Positions 25,059-37,190 of a DNA stretch of 64,000 nt are shown here, one piece after another. Under the pieces are notes generated by a model that saw nothing but the letters and a program-made list of their open reading frames with translations, was not told where the DNA came from and did not search any database. The stretch's first letter is position 1. Every line of letters starts with the position of its first letter. The DNA lies in the NCBI GenBank assembly GCA_030704615.1, contig CM060734.1:54312001-54376000 (forward strand), written 5' to 3'. The stretch is from Takakia lepidozioides. Taxonomy: Eukaryota; Plantae; Bryophyta. A program made the translations under genes and the position numbers.

Positions 25059-28000
25059 TTACTGATTTCGACTAGCAAACCTTTGTGAGTGAGCACCTTC
25101 TTGACGTTGAGAGTTTCGTGGCGGACTGTGTGTACGAGCCCGAGGTCTGTCTCTGGTTGACGGAGATGGTTGATCACTACCTGGATAAGTGAGGCCCTCT
25201 GGAGGCTGATATCGAGGTAACCTTTCCGGCATAGGAGACCCCCGCTTCTTCTCTTCCATCTGAATTGCATAGTCTTCTCCCATGTCAAAAGAATTCGGTG
25301 AAGAAACAGTTGTATCAGAATCCTCATCGCCTCTCAGGTGTTTTAATTTTCGAACTTTTTGTGGAATCATCTGGGGCATACAATGCTGTCCTACCATGTC
25401 TGGAAGTTTGTATTTTACAACTTGGTGTAACCGCTGAACAGCAAAATTGGTGTAGACACTGAGCTCCTTGTCTGTCCAGGTGAGTGGGGTACCAATTACT
25501 GGTGCAGCGTGCAAGTACTTCCATGCCACATGTCCCTTATAGAAAATGTCATCAATGCCGAATTTCTGTGTTGACAAATGGTTGCAGGCCGCTTGAAACC
25601 ATGAACGAATTTGAGAATCCTTTTGCATCATAACTTTTGGGTCATATAGGTACATATGAGGTGGCACCGAAGGTAATACCCAATGATCTCCACTGGAATA
25701 ACTCAGAAAGCGTGTTTGCATCTTTTGTTGCTCAATGTGGTAACGTACCAGAAAACAAGCAGCGTAGTATAACCCGCACCCCATGACAATACTTGCTATC
25801 TCCTTGGTCTTGGTATAAATGAGTCCATGTACAACCTGGAAAGCAATCAATTCCCTCAACATGGTACCTGCCTCGTGCCAGTATTGTGCAAAGTGATGAT
25901 CTTCAATATGTCGATTGTTCGGAAGAACTTTAGTCCTAGTTGCCACTGGCAGCCAAATACGCATGATTTGGTAGTAATGTGCGAATGACTGCGGAGGACT
26001 AAATTCTTTCCAAGCCAAATCCAACATGATGGGAATTTGGTTGAAGGGCATAATCATAGCCCTACTGTACTCCCTTGCAGCTGGAGTTTTAGGTGGGTTA
26101 AAAGCGGCATTGCCCCATACCTCCGGCTGTGGTGGCTGTGGTGTGGTTGTAGTAACCACAGGTTCAGCTACTGGTACAGTGACTTGTTGTGGTGGTGGTG
26201 GTACTGGCTCTTGTATCATTGGCATCTCCTGCACCTCCTGTGAAGACTGAAAAGCCAAAGTTCTGGCTTGTAAATAAGAAGCCATTAGCTGTTCCTGAGG
26301 GATATAGACTCTTTGGTCGATGTTTGAAGTGAGGTCTTCCACTTGAGTCTGGAGTCCGTCTACATCCTCTTGTAACTCTGCTATCCTACTATAGACATTG
26401 TCTATAGTAGTTGTGGCAATGTTCTGCACCTGCAGCCTGAGCTCATTCATCTCGCTTTGGGTGAGCTTCCGTGGTGCTTTGCCCTCTACTGGCCCTTGTG
26501 CTAACCAGACCTGCATAAGGCTGTTATCCACCAAGTTGCTTGTGGTTCCCCTGAGAGTTTGCTCCTCTCTTAGCTTGTACAATTCCAACTGCTGTTGTAA
26601 AGCCTCCATGCGCTTCGCCTGAGGTTCAACCAATTGCGCATAAGCAGCAAGTAGATTATTGGCTTCCTTCCAAGCCTTGTTATTGACCGCGATTTCATTT
26701 CTATTGGCCATGATGGTTTGTTGCAACTCCACGATGTGCTTCTCTTGATCAGCTTCAATCTGCCTGTATTGCTTGAAAGTATCTTCATTGCGACAGATTG
26801 TATTCTTCATATCGACAATGAGCTTCATTTGCTCAACATTCTCTTCTTCTGCCTTCGTACATTTTTCCGCTTGACTGTTTATTTCTTTTGTAGATTGGTC
26901 AAGCATAGTTGTAAATGTAGCACATTGTATCGCCATCCTGTTATGCACTGTCTGCAACTCCGTATGTAGTGCATTCAGTTCTTGCAACTTGCTTTCATGC
27001 TGCACCTGCATTTGGTATAGCTGTTGCTTATGTGCTTCGTGCAACTGGTCTTGCGCGAGGCCTGCCTCAATCAATTGTTCTTGGCCAATTGCAAAGCCAT
27101 TTCTGTATTTCCCAAGTCCTGCTTCATCTTGAGAGTGACCTCTTCATCGACCTTGTTTGCACACTCAGTGGCAAGTCGAGCCTCAAACTCCTTCCTGAGT
27201 TCCTCTCTCAAGGCTGTCAATTGGGTAATTGGAACATGGGATTTGACATAAGTCCCCAACAAATTAAGTGTCCTGCCTATGGAACTCATCAGCATTGCCT
27301 GTTGAGGGTCATCATGGTGAGGTTGCTGCTGTTCCTCCTGATCTTCAACAGTGTGATGTCTCACTAACCATTCAGGCCATTGTCCCACCGGATTTTCTTC
27401 CTGAACTACTTCATCTATCACCGGTGCTACAGTGTCATGACCTTCCGCCTGTGGTACCTCCGACACAGGTGTGTGTATTATATGCACCTCAGGATTTCCC
27501 TTGGGCAACTGTTGCACCTCTGGGATTTCTGTCTCCTTGACCAGACCAGAATATTCATAGAGAAGGTCCCCCTTCTCTATTTCTGCCACTATCTGTTCTG
27601 TAGTTGGAATATCTAACCCTTCACTTTCCAAATCAATTATTTCTGGTTGAGCTGCATGGATAACTTGTGACCTTGTGACAAGTCGTTCAGGTGGCTGTGA
27701 TGGTTGTGATGCAGAAGTAACTTCCTCCTCCCTCTCTGAAGGTCCTGCTTCCAGTAATAGCATTTCTCTGTGCTGCTGTGCCCCTTCCTGGCCATGAGCT
27801 TGGGAAACATTATCATGCGGAATCCGTGAAGCCAGTGGATCCGCCACTACAGTCTTTCCCCGTCTCTGCCTCTTAGTCTCGGGTTGCCCTGCTAGTCCAC
27901 CCTCACTGTGTGAAGAGCCTTGCTCTTCCATTGCAGTTGTTTCTGGCTCAAACACTCCCATTTCCTTTCTTTCTTGCGCATTAAGTATGCCAGAATCAAG

Positions 28001-28840
28001 GATTATTTGAGCAATGATTGGGCCAGACACTATGATAGGAGACTTTGCGGTAGTACCTTGTAATCTTTTCATCTCCTCTACCAGTGCGTTGTACATTATG
28101 TCCGCCCATTGTACCTCTTGTCCCTTCAGGCCTTTGAGTATTTCCTCCGTGAAGGATCTGCTCAAATACTGTTGGTTCTGTTTCATGGCAATCAGAACGT
28201 TCAATACCTGGCCTACCTCTTTTAACCCTGGGTACACAGCCTTGGTACAAGCATAACCCTGAGTTTTAAAGAAACTCCCTTCTTGGAATAAGTCCCCTAT
28301 TTGCAGTCTTGCCCTGTGTTCCTCCACATGCACCTGACCTGCTGGCAATCGAAACAATTGCTGGAGGTATAGGGGAGTAATCATTAATTCAACTCCCTTC
28401 ACCGTTGTTGTTCCTGTCCTTGGCTCAAAGTTCTGCAAAAATTGTAACATGTACTGTCTATGGTGTAGTGTCCAATCTAGGCTTTGCAATCCTTGCAATC
28501 TCAGCTCCTCCAGTATCTGTATCGCCTGTGGGGTAGCAATCGTTTGTTTCTGCAGAATTGTGGTGCTCTTCACCCTGATTTCCTCCATTCCTCTCACTCT
28601 CTTCATTTTAGACTCACAGAACTGTTTTGGCTGTAACAACTGCAGGAATGCCTGTAGTGCACAAAGCATAAACGTATGGTTGCCGCAGAAAGCTATGGGT
28701 AATTTCTTGTAAGCCTGCGGGGCTTGCAAGCATCGCTCAAGAGAAAAGCTCCGCTCTGTCCTTTCGTGTCTATGCCACTGCGTAAGTAATATTGCGAGCG
28801 TATAGTCTGTTAGTTCCTCCATAGTTTCCAAGTATAGCAT
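25059..28840 (-). CDS. Extra 3' ORF in the env-like position; probably one protein of about 1260 aa split by a 1-bp indel near 27080; coiled-coil rich, function unknown
   Basis: ORFs of 589 aa and 671 aa abut at 27071-27074. The second starts at a TTG, and the coiled-coil pattern runs across the junction. Confidence 0.7.
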
Positions 28841-29296
28841 TGATGGTCTGTCCTGTCGAGACGCCCGTTACTCAGAACGACGCCGCCTCTTGCGCTCAAT
28901 TTCCCTCCATTTTCTTGATCCTTTCTCTGGTTTTCTATTGGCTGTATCCGCTGTGACTGGATTTTAGATTTTATCTTCTTTAGTGGACTTTCCCTGTTGG
29001 ATAGTCCACTAGGATCACACATGTGACAAGAATTCCGCTTTTCTGTACTTGCCGTTCGTTCCGTTTCCCTTTTTCCGTACTCATTAATGGGCCCGCCTTT
29101 CATCCCTTTTGACGGCCGTTCTTGTCCTCTTTCTTTTTGACACCTGTTCTTGCACTTCCTTCTCGGCTGTGTGTCGCGCCCTGACCTCCACGTGTCTATT
29201 TTTAAAGTAATTTCCGTTTCCTCTTCCGTCAGCCATTTTCCTGAAGTTATTATGTGTCCACTTGTCACTGATTCTATGGATCGTGTAACTTTAGTA

Positions 29297-29590
29297 GGCT
29301 GTGTTGAGCTGTGACAGGCTGTGTCATACTGTGTTACGCTGTGATAGGCTGTGATGCACTGTGGTAAGCTGTGATAGGCTGTGACACGCTGTGGTAGGTT
29401 GTGATAGGCTGTGTTGCGCCGTGCTGGGCTGTGATAGGCTGTGTCACGTTGATGGGCTGTGATAGGCTGTGTTGTGATGGGCTGTGATAGGCTGTGTTGC
29501 CGTTGATGGGCTGTGATAGGCTGTGTCACGTTGATGGGCTGTGATAGGCTGTGTTTGCCTTGATGGGCTGTGATAGGCTGTGTCACGTTT
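29297..29590. repeat. Tandem GGCTGTGATA-type repeats at the 3' end of pol
   Basis: Repeated GGCTGTGATAGGCTGTG units sharing the ACAGCC core of the LTR tract. Confidence 0.85.
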
Positions 29591-32500
29591 GTTTTGCCCA
29601 CCCTGGTCATATATGCTGGGCCTAGCGACAAGTGTTCCATACTCCGTTCGTAACACTGGTGCAGCCCGTGACTGCTCTTGCGGTTCAACATGCAAATCAT
29701 GCTGCAAGGGTTTGTCATGGATACCACTGTACCCCTTCAACTTATTTGCATTGACTCTTCCCAGCATTTCTTTGTTAATGGTTTGTAACATGGCGGTGTT
29801 GTTATCATACATCTTTTGTATGACATAAGGTCCTTTCCATGGTGATTTAAGCTTAGAAGCTTGAATCTTTCCTTTCTTCTGCAACCATAGAACCAAATCC
29901 CCCGTCTTAAAAGTCTTTAACTTGCCTTCATCAAACTGTTCCTTTCGCTTCATCTGAATTCTGGTCATATTATCAGCTGCATCAGCACGTACTTCTTCCA
30001 CATGGTATAATTCATGTTTCCTGACCTTGATGGAGTCTTGCAATTCCATTCTTTTTCCCCACTCCGTTCTCATGGTAGGTAACAGGAATTCCACTGGAAG
30101 TAAGGCTTCCATACCATAAACTAATTGGAATGGTGTATACTTAGTGGTGACTTTATATGAAGTCCTGTATGACCACAAAGCTGTCAGCAGCTTTGTATCC
30201 CAATCCGTTCTGTTTGCATTGACTATCTTAGCCAAGATAGTACATAGTATTTTGTTGGTAGCCTCTGCCTGCCCATTACCCTGTGGGTAATATGTTGTAC
30301 TCTTTCTATGCACAATCATAAACTCTTTAGTCAACAACTCAATGGTCTCATTCATGAAGTGACTTCCTTGATCACTGATAAATTCTAAGGGACAGCCAAA
30401 TCGTGTAAGTATGTTCTCGTACAGGAACCTTGCTGTGGACTTGGCTGTGTTGTCCCTCAAAGCTTTAGCTTCCACCCACTTTGTAGTATAATCAGTGGCT
30501 GTAATTATGTACCTGTTTCGTGTATTCTTGGATGGTGGGTTAATTGGTCCAACAAAGTCTAGTCCCCATTTCTGAAATGGTTCCGTAGGCATTGTAGGAT
30601 GCAAGGCCATCCTTCCAGATCTCTGCAAAGGTCCTAGCCTCTGACATTCATCACACTTCTGACAATACTCGTGTACATCTTTGAACAAAGTAGGCCACCA
30701 GTATCCTGCGAGTAGTATCTTTCTACTGGTAGTCTCTTCTCCAAAATGACCTCCAGCCACTCCTTTATGAACTTCCGCCAAAACTTTATTTACTTCATGG
30801 TGGTACAAGCATCGTTTTAGTACTCCATCAGGTCCTAACTTATACATTCTGCTTCCTACCATAGTATAAGGTAAAGCTTTGATAGCGATTCTCTTCCTCT
30901 GCTCCTTACCATAACTAGGTGGGCACTGACCATGAGCAAGGTAGTATCTGATTGGCCACTGCCAATCTAACCAGTCATCTGCACTTCCCTGCACCTCCAC
31001 TGCAAAGAGACTCGCATCTGGTAATTGATCATCTATTCCTGTGGCTGGTTCTCCTGTTGACAATCGTGACAAATGATCCGCCACAAGATGCAGTCTCCCA
31101 GGCTTGTAAACAACCTCGAACTCAAACTCGTGCAAGATTATCAACCATCTTGCTATTCTTCCGCTTATCAGAGGTTTGTTTACCAGGTATATCAGAGCCT
31201 GGTGATCCACATAGAACATAAACTTCTTGCCCAACAGGTAATGCCTGAATTTCTTCACTGCATAGATCATTGCCAATGCTTCTCTTTCCGTTGTGCTATA
31301 GTTCCTCTCAGCACTGTTCATCAACCGGCTAGCATAGTACACAGGTGAATCTATATTCCCTGTAACATTCTGGGCTAACACCGCTCCCAACGCTTCTCCT
31401 GATGCATCGCAGTGAACATGGAATACTACATGCCAGTGAGGGTTAATCAGCACAGGTGTAGTTGTTACTGACAGTGTAAGTTCCTCAAATGCCTGTTGAC
31501 ATTCAGCTGTCCAGGCAAACACTGCATCTTTCTTCAGTAGTTTGCTCAATGGTGCTGCTATTTGTGCATACCTTTTGACAAATCTCCTGTAATAACTGGT
31601 TTGCCCAAGGAATCTCCGTAGACTTTTAACATTCACTGGTGGTGGAGAGGCTTTAATGGACTCTGTCTTTCTGGGATCCACAAGGAGTCCCTTCTTACAC
31701 ACAATGTGTCCCAGAAGCACCCCTGAGTTCACACAGAAAGTACACTTCTCTGGATTCAGGCCCAGACCTCTCATCCTGCATCTGGCCAAACATAACTCCA
31801 ATTTATGCAAGTGCTCACTCTTAGAGCTGTACACACTGAAATCATCCAAGAATACCTGCATGAAATCATCCAGATACTCATGAAAAGATTCACTTATCAC
31901 TCTCTGAAAGGTCGCTGGTGCATTACAAAGTCCAAAGGGCATGACTTTGTATGCATAAGCCCCCCAGTCTGTGATGAAAGCTGTTTTTCCCTGGTCTTCT
32001 TCTGCCACTTGCACTTGATTATAACCACTGAAGCCATCCATGAATGAGTACATCTCATGGCCAGCCACAGTGTCTAATACTGCTTCTGTGAATGGCAAAG
32101 GGAAAGGATCTTTCTTCGTACAAGCATTCAGCTTCTTATAGTTCACACATACTCTTAGTTTGCCATTCTTCTTGGGAACTATAACAATGGGTGACAACCA
32201 AGTTGTATACTCTATTGGGTATATAAACTTAGCCTCAGCCAACTTCTTTATCTCTTCTCCAACCTTCTGTGCGTAGTTGGGATTCATTCTATACCTCGCC
32301 TGCTTGATTGGTACTGACCCTGGTTCCAGTTCAATCTTATGCTGACAGACTTCAGGTGGTATCCCTTTTAGATCCTCATAGCTCCAAGCAAATACATCTC
32401 TGTATTTGATGAACAAGCTTTTAGCTTCTTCGAAGAATTCCGGCTCCAAATCAGCTCCTACTTTCACCATCCTCGGTTCCTCTTTAGTTCCCACATTTAC

Positions 32501-32710
32501 TTCTCTCACCTGCTCATCAGCTGTGATTGTCCAACCAGTCACCACTTCATCCTGTAAGCTCACAGTGGCTGGTTCTTCTAGGATTTCTATTTCTCCTTCT
32601 CTTTCTTCATAGAAATGTGATGGGTAAATGCTGGTTTCCTCTTCAGTTGGTGTTGCTGTCACTACACCACAGCAGATACCTCTCAAACAACTTAGGCTTT
32701 CCAGCCGCAT
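29444..32710 (-). CDS. pol: Pol: reverse transcriptase, RNase H, integrase
   Basis: FMDGFSGYNQ, MPFGLCNAPATFQR and VFLDDF (RT); CDASG..ERNYSTTEREALA..DHQAL (RH); H..GH..C..C and GLDFVG..SDQG..GQAE (INT); W.GPY at the C-terminus. Confidence 0.97.
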   Translation of the reverse strand: MRLESLSCLRGICCGVVTATPTEEETSIYPSHFYEEREGEIEILEEPATVSLQDEVVTGWTITADEQVREVNVGTKEEPRMVKVGADLEPEFFEEAKSLFIKYRDVFAWSYEDLKGIPPEVCQHKIELEPGSVPIKQARYRMNPNYAQKVGEEIKKLAEAKFIYPIEYTTWLSPIVIVPKKNGKLRVCVNYKKLNACTKKDPFPLPFTEAVLDTVAGHEMYSFMDGFSGYNQVQVAEEDQGKTAFITDWGAYAYKVMPFGLCNAPATFQRVISESFHEYLDDFMQVFLDDFSVYSSKSEHLHKLELCLARCRMRGLGLNPEKCTFCVNSGVLLGHIVCKKGLLVDPRKTESIKASPPPVNVKSLRRFLGQTSYYRRFVKRYAQIAAPLSKLLKKDAVFAWTAECQQAFEELTLSVTTTPVLINPHWHVVFHVHCDASGEALGAVLAQNVTGNIDSPVYYASRLMNSAERNYSTTEREALAMIYAVKKFRHYLLGKKFMFYVDHQALIYLVNKPLISGRIARWLIILHEFEFEVVYKPGRLHLVADHLSRLSTGEPATGIDDQLPDASLFAVEVQGSADDWLDWQWPIRYYLAHGQCPPSYGKEQRKRIAIKALPYTMVGSRMYKLGPDGVLKRCLYHHEVNKVLAEVHKGVAGGHFGEETTSRKILLAGYWWPTLFKDVHEYCQKCDECQRLGPLQRSGRMALHPTMPTEPFQKWGLDFVGPINPPSKNTRNRYIITATDYTTKWVEAKALRDNTAKSTARFLYENILTRFGCPLEFISDQGSHFMNETIELLTKEFMIVHRKSTTYYPQGNGQAEATNKILCTILAKIVNANRTDWDTKLLTALWSYRTSYKVTTKYTPFQLVYGMEALLPVEFLLPTMRTEWGKRMELQDSIKVRKHELYHVEEVRADAADNMTRIQMKRKEQFDEGKLKTFKTGDLVLWLQKKGKIQASKLKSPWKGPYVIQKMYDNNTAMLQTINKEMLGRVNANKLKGYSGIHDKPLQHDLHVEPQEQSRAAPVLRTEYGTLVARPSIYDQGGQNKRDTAYHSPSRQTQPITAHQRDTAYHSPSTATQPITAHHNTAYHSPST

Positions 32711-32786
32711 CTCTGCAACCTGCTCCCACTCTGGGTGTGCAGCAAATAGGGTAGCTTCCTGCTCCTCATCCAGTCCTCCTCTCCAG

Positions 32787-33200
32787 TCATACTCTCTGAC
32801 TCCTCGAGGTCTTCTTGTAGCAATCTACTAGATTTCTTTGTGGTAATTTGTATCTCGTGCCATTATGCACGGTTAGTAACTGAGAATTCCAGTCATGGAA
32901 TACCCTGGCCTGTTTCAGCCACGGACGTCCCAATAATAAGGAGTAAGCCTCCATGACTTCATCCATTTTTAATACAGTTACTGTGATCATAAAGATCATT
33001 TCTGTATCTGTATCTTAACTCTCTTATTATCCCAATGGCTGTACACTTCTTTGATCTGCCATTGTTACTGTAAATGGGGCTGGTTTCATGTTACTTTAGA
33101 CCAAGCTTCTTCCTTAATTGGTCTGTCATGATATTTACTCCAGACCACCATCTATCAGTACATCAGTTAGTTCTGTGCTTCCAATTCTCAATTGGATTTA
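32787..33200 (-). CDS. Retroviral-type aspartic protease, frameshifted
   Basis: VLIDGG..NIM active-site region near 33150 and YSLLLGRPWL. Confidence 0.8.
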
Positions 33201-33559
33201 CTGGCATAGAATCATCAAAGTCCATGACTGTTCTCGCCCTTCCGGCTTCACATTATAACTGGTCACCTTGCTGTTCAGGTCTGTGTTTCCTGTCTCCTGG
33301 GCAATTCGATTGATTGCTTGATACAGCCTGTGCCTACAATAAGGTGCCACAGCTAATAGCTGTCCAATGGTAATTTCTGCTTTGGTCTGCATATTAAGAA
33401 AGTTACTTTGCATCTGCATCTTCTTTTTTCTTCTTCCTCACTCCTCCAATCAGAGGAATCTGCCACAGGATATCAGTGCATTTTTCTAATCTGCACTTCC
33501 TTGTGCAGTTCCTCTCATCTTTCCAAGTCTCTTCATCTTCAGGCATATCATTGCCACTC

Positions 33560-35400
33560 TCATCTTCTTCTCTCTGGAGGTATTAGTTTGGCTTTTCTTC
33601 TTACTATCATTGTACTTACTTCTGGTACACATGGCCTAACCATGTGAGCTGCCACCACTGGGCCCTCATTCACAGGAGCTCTCATCTCATTCTGGTGTCT
33701 TATCCAGAATGAACAGGCTGCCTTGCGATGTCCTGGCTGATTACAATAGTAACATAGCTCTTCACCATTGGGTCCTCGCCCTTGGTCTGTTCTTGGATTA
33801 TTTCTAATCCTGATTCCCGGGCTGGTAATTCCCCCTTGGATTACCCTGATAGTTGCCTCTGGAATTTCCTTGGTAATTCCCTCTTGAATTACCTCTCCCT
33901 TCCATGCCATTGTTATAACCACCAGACCTACCATAGTGGTCCTGATCATTGTTTCTTCTTGGCTGGGGCTGCACCTGATGCACCCTTACTTGCCTAGGTT
34001 CTCTTGCAGCTGTCCTTCTGTTGTAGTAAAATTCTCAGTAGAATGGTTATCCATTTTACAGATAGTACAGTGTTTCTCCTTCATGTGGCATTCTGTGGTG
34101 GTATGGCCTTCATTCTGGCACTTTGCACACCATACACCCTTCCTCCAATGTGTTGCAGCCTCTGTGGCATACTTCTTCAAGATTTCTTCCAATTTTTTTT
34201 TCATATAGTTATCCCTCTTCAACTTCTCCTTTCTCTTACTCTTTCTTTTTAGTTCTTGCTCTTCTTCTTCATCTGACTCATCCTCAGAGTCCTCATCTTC
34301 TTTTTCTCTCTCCTGAGCATTCCCAATTGCTCAATTCTGTTTGCAGTTTCAAATGCCTCCTCCACTGTATTATGGGGTAACATATCCACTTTCTTTTGCA
34401 ACTCTGGTCTTAGTCCACTCACAAACCAAGTCTTCTGTAAACCGGGTGCTGGTACTGCAGCCAGCTTTTTCATCATCAATTCCATCTTCTCCATATACTC
34501 TCAACAGTTTCATGCTTCTTCTGCTTCAGCTGTTGTAAACTTCCATACACTTCATCCTCAGTTTTACTTGTCCTGAACCTATTTCGAAATGCTGTATTCA
34601 AGCCATTCCAGGTTAGGAAATGATTATCAGGGAATCTTGCATACCATTCACTTGCTTTCTTGATAAGTGAACAAGGAAACATCTCATCTTGGCATCATCG
34701 CCATTCTCATTGTTCACTATACACATGTGCTCAAATTGGCTAATGTGTACATCGGGATCCCCTTTTCCTGAATATATTGGAAAGGGTGGTTTTGCCCGTG
34801 TTGGTTGTAACGCCATCTGTGGCCCTACCTTCTGCCCACTGACAGGTGCTGGCACCCTTGGGTGCTGGTCCTTCTGGACCTGTTGTTTTTGTGGTGGATC
34901 TTCCCCAAGTGGTGGCCCTTGAGCACTCCCTGCTTCTGGCCCCACGATATTCACAGTATTCCCAGCTTCAGTTGCACTACTTCCCACACTCCCTGTCCCC
35001 CCAGAGCCAGATCCAGGCAGCCCGCCTGATCCCCCTGAGCCGACACCTTCGTTGGCCTGTGATCCAAGTGCTCCACTTGATCCAGGTCCAACGGGTTGGG
35101 ATGTCCTGGTTGTAGTCTCAACCTCAGCTGTTGGGTCTACTTCTTCATATTCTTCCTCTTCAATTTCTTCTCTCTGTTTTCATCCTCCAAGTTCTGCCCT
35201 TGGGTTTCTTCTTCACTCATGTAACTCAACTGTAATGGTGTTGGAGAGTCTGAACTCTCCGTTGGCTCTGCCACATCCTCTTCTCCTTCTTCACCTTCTG
35301 CTTCAGAAACTGGAGTTCCTGCTTTTGGTGTTCCATGCCAACTCTTATCAAAGATTTCTGTCAAATCTTTATCCAAGGATGTACTCAGATCTTTCACCTC
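33560..35400 (-). CDS. gag: Gag, fragmented by indels, with three zinc knuckles
   Basis: YSGKGDPDVHISQF, FPCSL..ASEWY and FVSGLRPEL; knuckles CAKCQNEGHTTTEC, CTICKMDNHSTEN(frameshift) and CYYCNQPGHRKAAC. Confidence 0.85.
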
Positions 35401-36220
35401 GTGATTGATCTTCTTCCTTAATTCTTAATCTTTCTTTGAAACAGAAGGAGTGGCATCCAACTCTAGTTCTTCCGGTATGGTGATGTACTCTTTGATCTTA
35501 ATGGTGTGAGAGGTCCAGATGATTCCCCTATGTCTATTCCTCTCTCCCAAAGATATGGATAATTAGCTTTCAGATAGCTTTCTCTTTTTGCTGAATATCT
35601 CTGTCGTCTAGCTTCTCTTTCATCACTCATGTCCCATGTCTTTCATTTCTTTTAATGTGGCAATAACCAAAACTCTCTTCTGTAATATCTCTCGTATATG
35701 CCTGGGTTTCTTTCAAGCTTCAATGCACCCTTGGCTATACTTGAAGTCTCCGTTACCATATAACCATATGGCAAACAAGTCTGAAAGCTGTTCTTGGTGT
35801 GAGTTTGATCCACAAAATATCCTTTGGAATCCAATTCTTTACCAGTACAAGCTCTTCATGCATATGAGTATAAACATTCACCTTTCTTTCTTCCCAGCCT
35901 TCAAACTCTACTCGTTTAATGGATAGCAATGCTATCACATAAACCAATGTTGGTAACCAACGTGCTCTTCCTCTACAGGCTACCTGATAAATCTTTATCA
36001 CTCCTTTCTCCAGACCCCATTCTGGATCAGCATCATGCACTCGTTTAAGAATATTTTTCTTTACAACCGTCTGGCAATTCCAAGAACCTTTGAAAGAATT
36101 GTTTGGACAATCTTTCTTCCTTCGTTCCACAGGGAATTTGATTCACTTCAAATTCTTTAATGGTCCAACCACCATGATCCCACCAGATGCCTGTCACATC
36201 TGGTTGTTCATGTCCAGGTC

Positions 36221-36236
36221 CCCAGTATGGTCGCCA
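36221..36236 (-). promoter_or_regulatory. Primer binding site, likely tRNA-Arg
   Basis: Minus strand TGGCGACCATACTGGG, 2 nt after the LTR CA, is complementary to a tRNA end ...GGTCGCCA like that of plant tRNA-Arg. Confidence 0.75.
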
Positions 36237-36238
36237 AA

Positions 36239-37190
36239 TGTCGCGCGGCTTTTACTCACCCATCCCTTCGCTATTCGAGGCGGAAACTCCAAGATAGAAG
36301 AGTTGGAAATCTCTAAGTACTCAGCCCGCGCAGAACAATCAGTCATGACCTACAGCTAGTATCATGGGGGTGTTTCCTATTTGTTTCCCTTTTGGTATTC
36401 ATGTTAGCTATCTTACCATTGATAATTAAGTATCAGTTTGCTTTATCAATCTATTGGATTCCATCAACTCATCCATTCATTTCACAGCTTCACTCAGATC
36501 TCTCTACACAGTGTGATTGTATCGTAAAAGTATCCGATTATGATTTATCAGGTATCAGGCCGAAGCCATTGTGTCTCTAATCTGCTCTACAATATCATTA
36601 CAGCCTTGCCTATATCAAGCATCTACTATCATCTCTCTATCTTCACTTCCGTTCTCATCTCTGCCCGATCCCCCTCTCTCATCACCAAGAAGTCCTCCTC
36701 GAATGATCCTCTACCTCTTTCCCGTTTCTCCCTTTATCTTTCTATCCGCGGTTCTAACCGTTTCCCTCACTAACCGTCTGTGAACTAACATGTTCCCTTC
36801 GCAGGTGTTGTTCCCACAGTCGTTCCCTGTCCTACTCTTCGTTCCCTATGATCGTGACAGCTGTGTCAAGCTGTGACTGGCTGTGTGAAACTGTGACGGG
36901 CTGTGACTGGCTGTGCGACTGTGTTTGCTGTGTCGGGCTTGGTGTGGCTGTGTCGGGCTGTGTGCTGTCTGTGTTGCTGTGACGACTGTGACTGTGACGG
37001 CTGTGTTGGCTGTGTGGGCTGTGACGACTGTGACGGCTGTGTTGGCTGTGTCGACTGTGACGACTGTGTGTAACCCCCTCTACAGTGCGCTGTTGTCACC
37101 CCTAAGGCTCTGTTGGTCTCAGTCTATGCAAAAAATAAGGGTACCCTACAGATCCCGTATAAGTGTCTAAGTCCCGACAGTCCTCTAACA
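36239..37190 (-). repeat. 5' LTR
   Basis: TG...CA, adjacent to the PBS, matches 24085-25020. Confidence 0.95.

Larger units (their letters stand above)
24085..37190 (-). mobile_element. Full-length Ty3/Gypsy LTR retrotransposon (non-chromovirus type, Athila/Phygy-like) with extra 3' ORF
   Basis: Paired TG...CA LTRs of about 940 bp, PBS, PPT and gag-PR-RT-RH-INT order. No chromodomain or second RNase H seen. Confidence 0.95.

Noticed and set aside
28810-29727. 305-aa ORF with TQPITAH repeats
   Set aside because: Largely open because of the stop-free tandem repeat overlapping the end of pol.
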